The translations under genes were made by a program, and so were the position numbers. Below, one piece after another: positions 60,653 to 64,000 of a stretch of DNA of 64,000 bases. The notes beneath the pieces are model-generated. The model was not told the DNA's origin. It saw only the letters and a list, made by a program, of their open reading frames with translations, and ran no database searches. Numbering within the stretch: position 1 is the first letter of the stretch; the number at the start of each line of letters is the position of its first letter. The stretch covers positions 4,256,001 to 4,320,000 of the forward strand of contig OZ220696.1 in the NCBI GenBank assembly GCA_965116495.1, given 5' to 3'. This DNA comes from Gammaproteobacteria bacterium. GTDB lineage: Bacteria; Pseudomonadota; Gammaproteobacteria; Eutrophobiales; Eutrophobiaceae.

Positions 60653-62101
60653 CCGCTCCAGTAGTTCGAACAGCAACTCCACCAGTATGGCCAGGCCCGC
60701 GGCGGGGAGCGCGCCTTGCAGGATCAGGCCGGTGTCGTTCAGCGCCAGACCGGTGACGATGGGTTCGCCGAGGCCGCCGGCGCCGATGAACGCGGCCAGC
60801 GTGGCGGTGCCGATGCTGATCACGGCCGCGGTGCGGATACCGGCGAGGATATTCGGCAGGGCCATGGGCACCAGTACGTGGCGTAACTGTTGCCGGCGGG
60901 TCAGGCCGATGGCCGCGGCCACCCGCTTCAACAGCGGATCAATCGTCACCAGAGCGGTAACGGTGTTGCGCAGTATCGGTAACAGTGAATACAGGAACAG
61001 AGCGATGATCGCCGGTTTCTCACCGATGCCGAACAGCGGGATCATCAGCGCCAACAAGGCGATGGAAGGTATTGTCTGCAACAGGCCGGCCAGGTACACG
61101 GTGACGTTTGCCAGGGTGCGCGCCCGGAACACTACGATGCCTAAGGGCAACCCGACCAGACAGCCCAGTAAGAGAGCAATAGCCGTGAGTTTGAGATGGG
61201 TGAGGGTATTGCCCAGGATGGTCGCGGCAAGCGAGGCTTCAACCCGCGCCTCACCCAGGCCCTCTCCCCGCAAGAACCCGCTCGCGACTTCGGCGAAGCT
61301 GGCGCCGTCGATGGTCGTCATCCGGTTCAATTCCTGCATGCGCCGGTCGTCAAGACTGCCCGCCAGCCGTCCCAGGGCCGTTTTGGCCTTGTCCGGCAGG
61401 TCCGTGCGCACGAACGGCACGGCCAGGTAGCGCGGAAAAAACCCGCGGTCATCGTCCAGTACGGCCAGGTTATAGCGGGCCAGTTCCCCGTCGGTGGAAT
61501 AGGCATCGGTAATGTCGATGGAACCATCAACCAGGGCCTGGTACGCCAGTCCGTGTTCAATGCCGGTGGGTTTGATGGTGAGGTTGTAAGCGCCGGCCAG
61601 GCCAGGCCAGCCGTCCTCCCGGTTCATGAATTCCATGGAAAAGGCCGGCGCCAATTGCGGGTGTTGTACCAGGTCGGAGATACGTACAATCCCTTTCTCC
61701 GTCGCCATTCCCTGCCTCATCGCCAGGGCGTAAGTGTTGTTGAACCCCAGCGGCGCCAGCGCCTGCAAGCCTAGTGTTGCGACGGCCGCATTCAGTTGCG
61801 CCAGGTCCGGCGCCGGGCCGTCCAGTTTCAGGATGGCCTGCGCCAGGGTCCCGGTATATTCCGCGTACACATCAATTTCACCGTTCACCAGCGCCTGGTA
61901 GCAGACCAGGGTGCCACCCAGCCCGAATTTCCGTTCGACGGCAAACCCTTCCCGTTCCAGCGTCTGGGCGATGATCTCCCCCAGCAGGTAGCCTTCATTG
62001 AAATTCTTGCTGCCCACGGTAATGCGTTCCTGCGGCCAGGCAACCCCGGTCAGGCACAGCAGGAGCAGCAACAGGCAGAGGCGGCGCAGTTCAGGCATCA
62101 C
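60617..62101 (-). CDS. Osmoprotectant (glycine betaine/choline) ABC transporter, fused substrate-binding and permease
   Basis: VGSKNFNE, YAEYTGT, FNNTYAL, LQTIPSIALL, IGAGGLG. Confidence 0.92.
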   Translation of the reverse strand: MMPELRRLCLLLLLLCLTGVAWPQERITVGSKNFNEGYLLGEIIAQTLEREGFAVERKFGLGGTLVCYQALVNGEIDVYAEYTGTLAQAILKLDGPAPDLAQLNAAVATLGLQALAPLGFNNTYALAMRQGMATEKGIVRISDLVQHPQLAPAFSMEFMNREDGWPGLAGAYNLTIKPTGIEHGLAYQALVDGSIDITDAYSTDGELARYNLAVLDDDRGFFPRYLAVPFVRTDLPDKAKTALGRLAGSLDDRRMQELNRMTTIDGASFAEVASGFLRGEGLGEARVEASLAATILGNTLTHLKLTAIALLLGCLVGLPLGIVVFRARTLANVTVYLAGLLQTIPSIALLALMIPLFGIGEKPAIIALFLYSLLPILRNTVTALVTIDPLLKRVAAAIGLTRRQQLRHVLVPMALPNILAGIRTAAVISIGTATLAAFIGAGGLGEPIVTGLALNDTGLILQGALPAAGLAILVELLFELLERLLVKPHMLRAQ

Positions 62102-62837
62102 CCGTCTCCATATTGGCCAACAATCCGCTTACATAGTCATCAGCCGGGTCTGCAACGATGTCCTCCGGGCTGCCTTGCCGTATGACCCGGCCCTGCTTCA
62201 GAATCACCAGATATTCGGCGAGTCGGGCCGCCTCACTCGCATCATGGGTCACCAACAGCACGGCGCGGTCTCCCGCTTGCTTCAGTTGCAATATCTCCTC
62301 GTAAATGGACTCCCGGGTAATGGCGTCCAGCGCCGAGAACGGTTCATCCAGCAGCAACAGCGGCGGGTCCAGCATCATTGCCCGGCATAGCCCCACCCGC
62401 TGCGCCTGGCCGCCGGACAGGCTGTGCGGGTAGCGGGCGGATAATTCATCGGACAGCCTGAACAGGCCCAGCAGTTCGTTATAGCGTTGCGTTATCCGTC
62501 CCGGTGACCAGCCCTCCAGCCTGGCCACCAAGGTGACGTTGTCACGAATGCTGAGATGGGGAAACAGCCCCGCGCCTTGCACTGCATAACCCATGCTGCG
62601 GCGCAGGGCGGGTAGCCGTGTGTAATCCAGCGCTGCGCCAAACACACGTACCGTGCCGCGCTCCGGTCGGATCAACCCGTTGATGAGTTGCAGCAGGGTG
62701 GACTTGCCGCTGCCGCTCTCACCCACGATAGCCGTGGTTTTGTTTACCGGCAGCGCCAGCGTCAGGCCATGGATGACCGGTTTGTCGTTGTAAGACTTGC
62801 TTATCTGGTCAAATTCAACAGCGTACAGCAGCGACAT
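62091..62837 (-). CDS. Osmoprotectant ABC transporter ATP-binding subunit
   Basis: GESGSGKST, LSGGQAQRV, LLDEPFSALD, VTHD. Confidence 0.92.
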   Translation of the reverse strand: MSLLYAVEFDQISKSYNDKPVIHGLTLALPVNKTTAIVGESGSGKSTLLQLINGLIRPERGTVRVFGAALDYTRLPALRRSMGYAVQGAGLFPHLSIRDNVTLVARLEGWSPGRITQRYNELLGLFRLSDELSARYPHSLSGGQAQRVGLCRAMMLDPPLLLLDEPFSALDAITRESIYEEILQLKQAGDRAVLLVTHDASEAARLAEYLVILKQGRVIRQGSPEDIVADPADDYVSGLLANMETGDA

Positions 62838-64000
62838 CAGGCGGCCAGTTGCCGCAACACGTAATGCAGGATGCCGCCGTGGTTGTAGTACTCCCATTCT
62901 TTCGGGGTGTCCACCCGGACTATAGCGGTGAATGCTGTGGTGGTGCCGTCATCAGTGGTAGCGCTGACCGTGACTTCACTGGCGCCGGTCTCCAGGCCCT
63001 GGATGGAATAGGTTTCCCGGCCGCTCAGGCCCAGGCTGTCGGCGCTCTCGCCGGGTTGGAACACCAGCGGCAGTACCCCCATGCCGACCAAGTTGGAACG
63101 GTGTATGCGCTCAAAGCTGACCGCTATCACCGCGCGCACGCCGAGCAGCCTGGTGCCTTTAGCCGCCCAGTCCCGGGATGAACCGGTGCCGTATTCGCTG
63201 CCGGCCAGGACGATCAAGGGGATATCTTCTTCCTTGTACTTCATCGCTGCCGCATAGATAGACATCTGTTCGGCGGAAGGCTGGTGTACGGTCCACCCTC
63301 CTTCGGTGCCCGGAGCGAGCTGGTTTCTCAGGCGGATATTGGCAAAGGTGCCGCGCATCATCACTTCGTGGTTGCCGCGCCGGGAACCGTACGAGTTGAA
63401 ATCCACCGGCTTTACCCCGTTATCGATCAGGTACTTGCCCGCCGGCGTATCGGCCTTGATGGCGCCGGCAGGAGAGATGTGGTCGGTGGTTATGCTGTCG
63501 CCCAGCTTGACCAGTACCCTGGCGTCCCGTACCGGTTCAACCTTGCCCGGCGTGGCGCTCATGCCCTCGAAATACGGCGGGTTCTGCACGTAGGTGGAAT
63601 CGTTATTCCATTGATACCTGTTGCTCTCCGTGACGTTGATGCCGGTCCAGTTGGCGTCGCCGGCGAATGCTTGCCGGTATGATTGGCGGAACATGTCCGA
63701 ATCAATCGATGCCGCGATGACGGCATTGATCTCGGCCTGGCTGGGCCAGATATCCTTCAGGTAGACGGCGTTGCCGCTTGCGTCGTGGCCCAGGGGGTCA
63801 TTCTGCAGGTCGATATCCACCGTGCCGGCTATGGCGTAGGCCACCACCAGCGGCGGCGAGGCCAGGAAGTTCATTTTAACCTCGGCGTGTACCCGGCCTT
63901 CAAAGTTGCGGTTGCCGGAAAGCACCGACGTTGCGACCAGGTCACCCTCCCGGATGCCGCGGCTGATTGCTTCCGGCAGGGGGCCGGAATTACCGATACA
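62837..64000 (-). CDS. acnA: Aconitate hydratase A, 3' part (5' end beyond window)
   Basis: [44 protein letters not shown]. Confidence 0.96.
   Translation of the reverse strand, partial: CIGNSGPLPEAISRGIREGDLVATSVLSGNRNFEGRVHAEVKMNFLASPPLVVAYAIAGTVDIDLQNDPLGHDASGNAVYLKDIWPSQAEINAVIAASIDSDMFRQSYRQAFAGDANWTGINVTESNRYQWNNDSTYVQNPPYFEGMSATPGKVEPVRDARVLVKLGDSITTDHISPAGAIKADTPAGKYLIDNGVKPVDFNSYGSRRGNHEVMMRGTFANIRLRNQLAPGTEGGWTVHQPSAEQMSIYAAAMKYKEEDIPLIVLAGSEYGTGSSRDWAAKGTRLLGVRAVIAVSFERIHRSNLVGMGVLPLVFQPGESADSLGLSGRETYSIQGLETGASEVTVSATTDDGTTTAFTAIVRVDTPKEWEYYNHGGILHYVLRQLAA

Overview
This looks like a proteobacterial chromosome segment, probably gammaproteobacterial (coq7, degQ, oxyR, rplM-rpsI, recQ, acnA). 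Bases 1-4.4 kb are a toxin-antitoxin-rich patch around a type II sulfide:quinone oxidoreductase. Bases 4.7-15.4 kb form a visibly AT-rich defence island with two HNH nucleases, a divergent UDG-superfamily protein and a SLATT-like membrane protein. The island also holds a minus-strand operon: pfkB-like, [IS630], TIR::TGT fusion, OGG-like glycosylase, QueC, and a small ThsB-like TIR whose N-terminus is (M)GGGSGGG. This operon is the main finding. It carries the QueC/TGT/OGG accessory set of type IV CBASS, but I see no CD-NTase; two TIR domains are there instead. That suggests a TIR immune system controlled by protein deazaguanylation, which is an inference and untested. The rest of the window holds an uncharacterised cluster (GS-like, PuuE-like, homocitrate-synthase-like, two PanE-like, M24), more TA modules, housekeeping genes and a RutR-linked pyrimidine utilisation region. 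That region has a TonB receptor, a UNG-like gene and an LLM/F420-type oxidoreductase but no PreT/PreA. A P450, an osmoprotectant ABC transporter and several families of intergenic palindromic, MITE-like or heptamer repeats are also present. All calls come from reading motifs by eye; no database searches were run.
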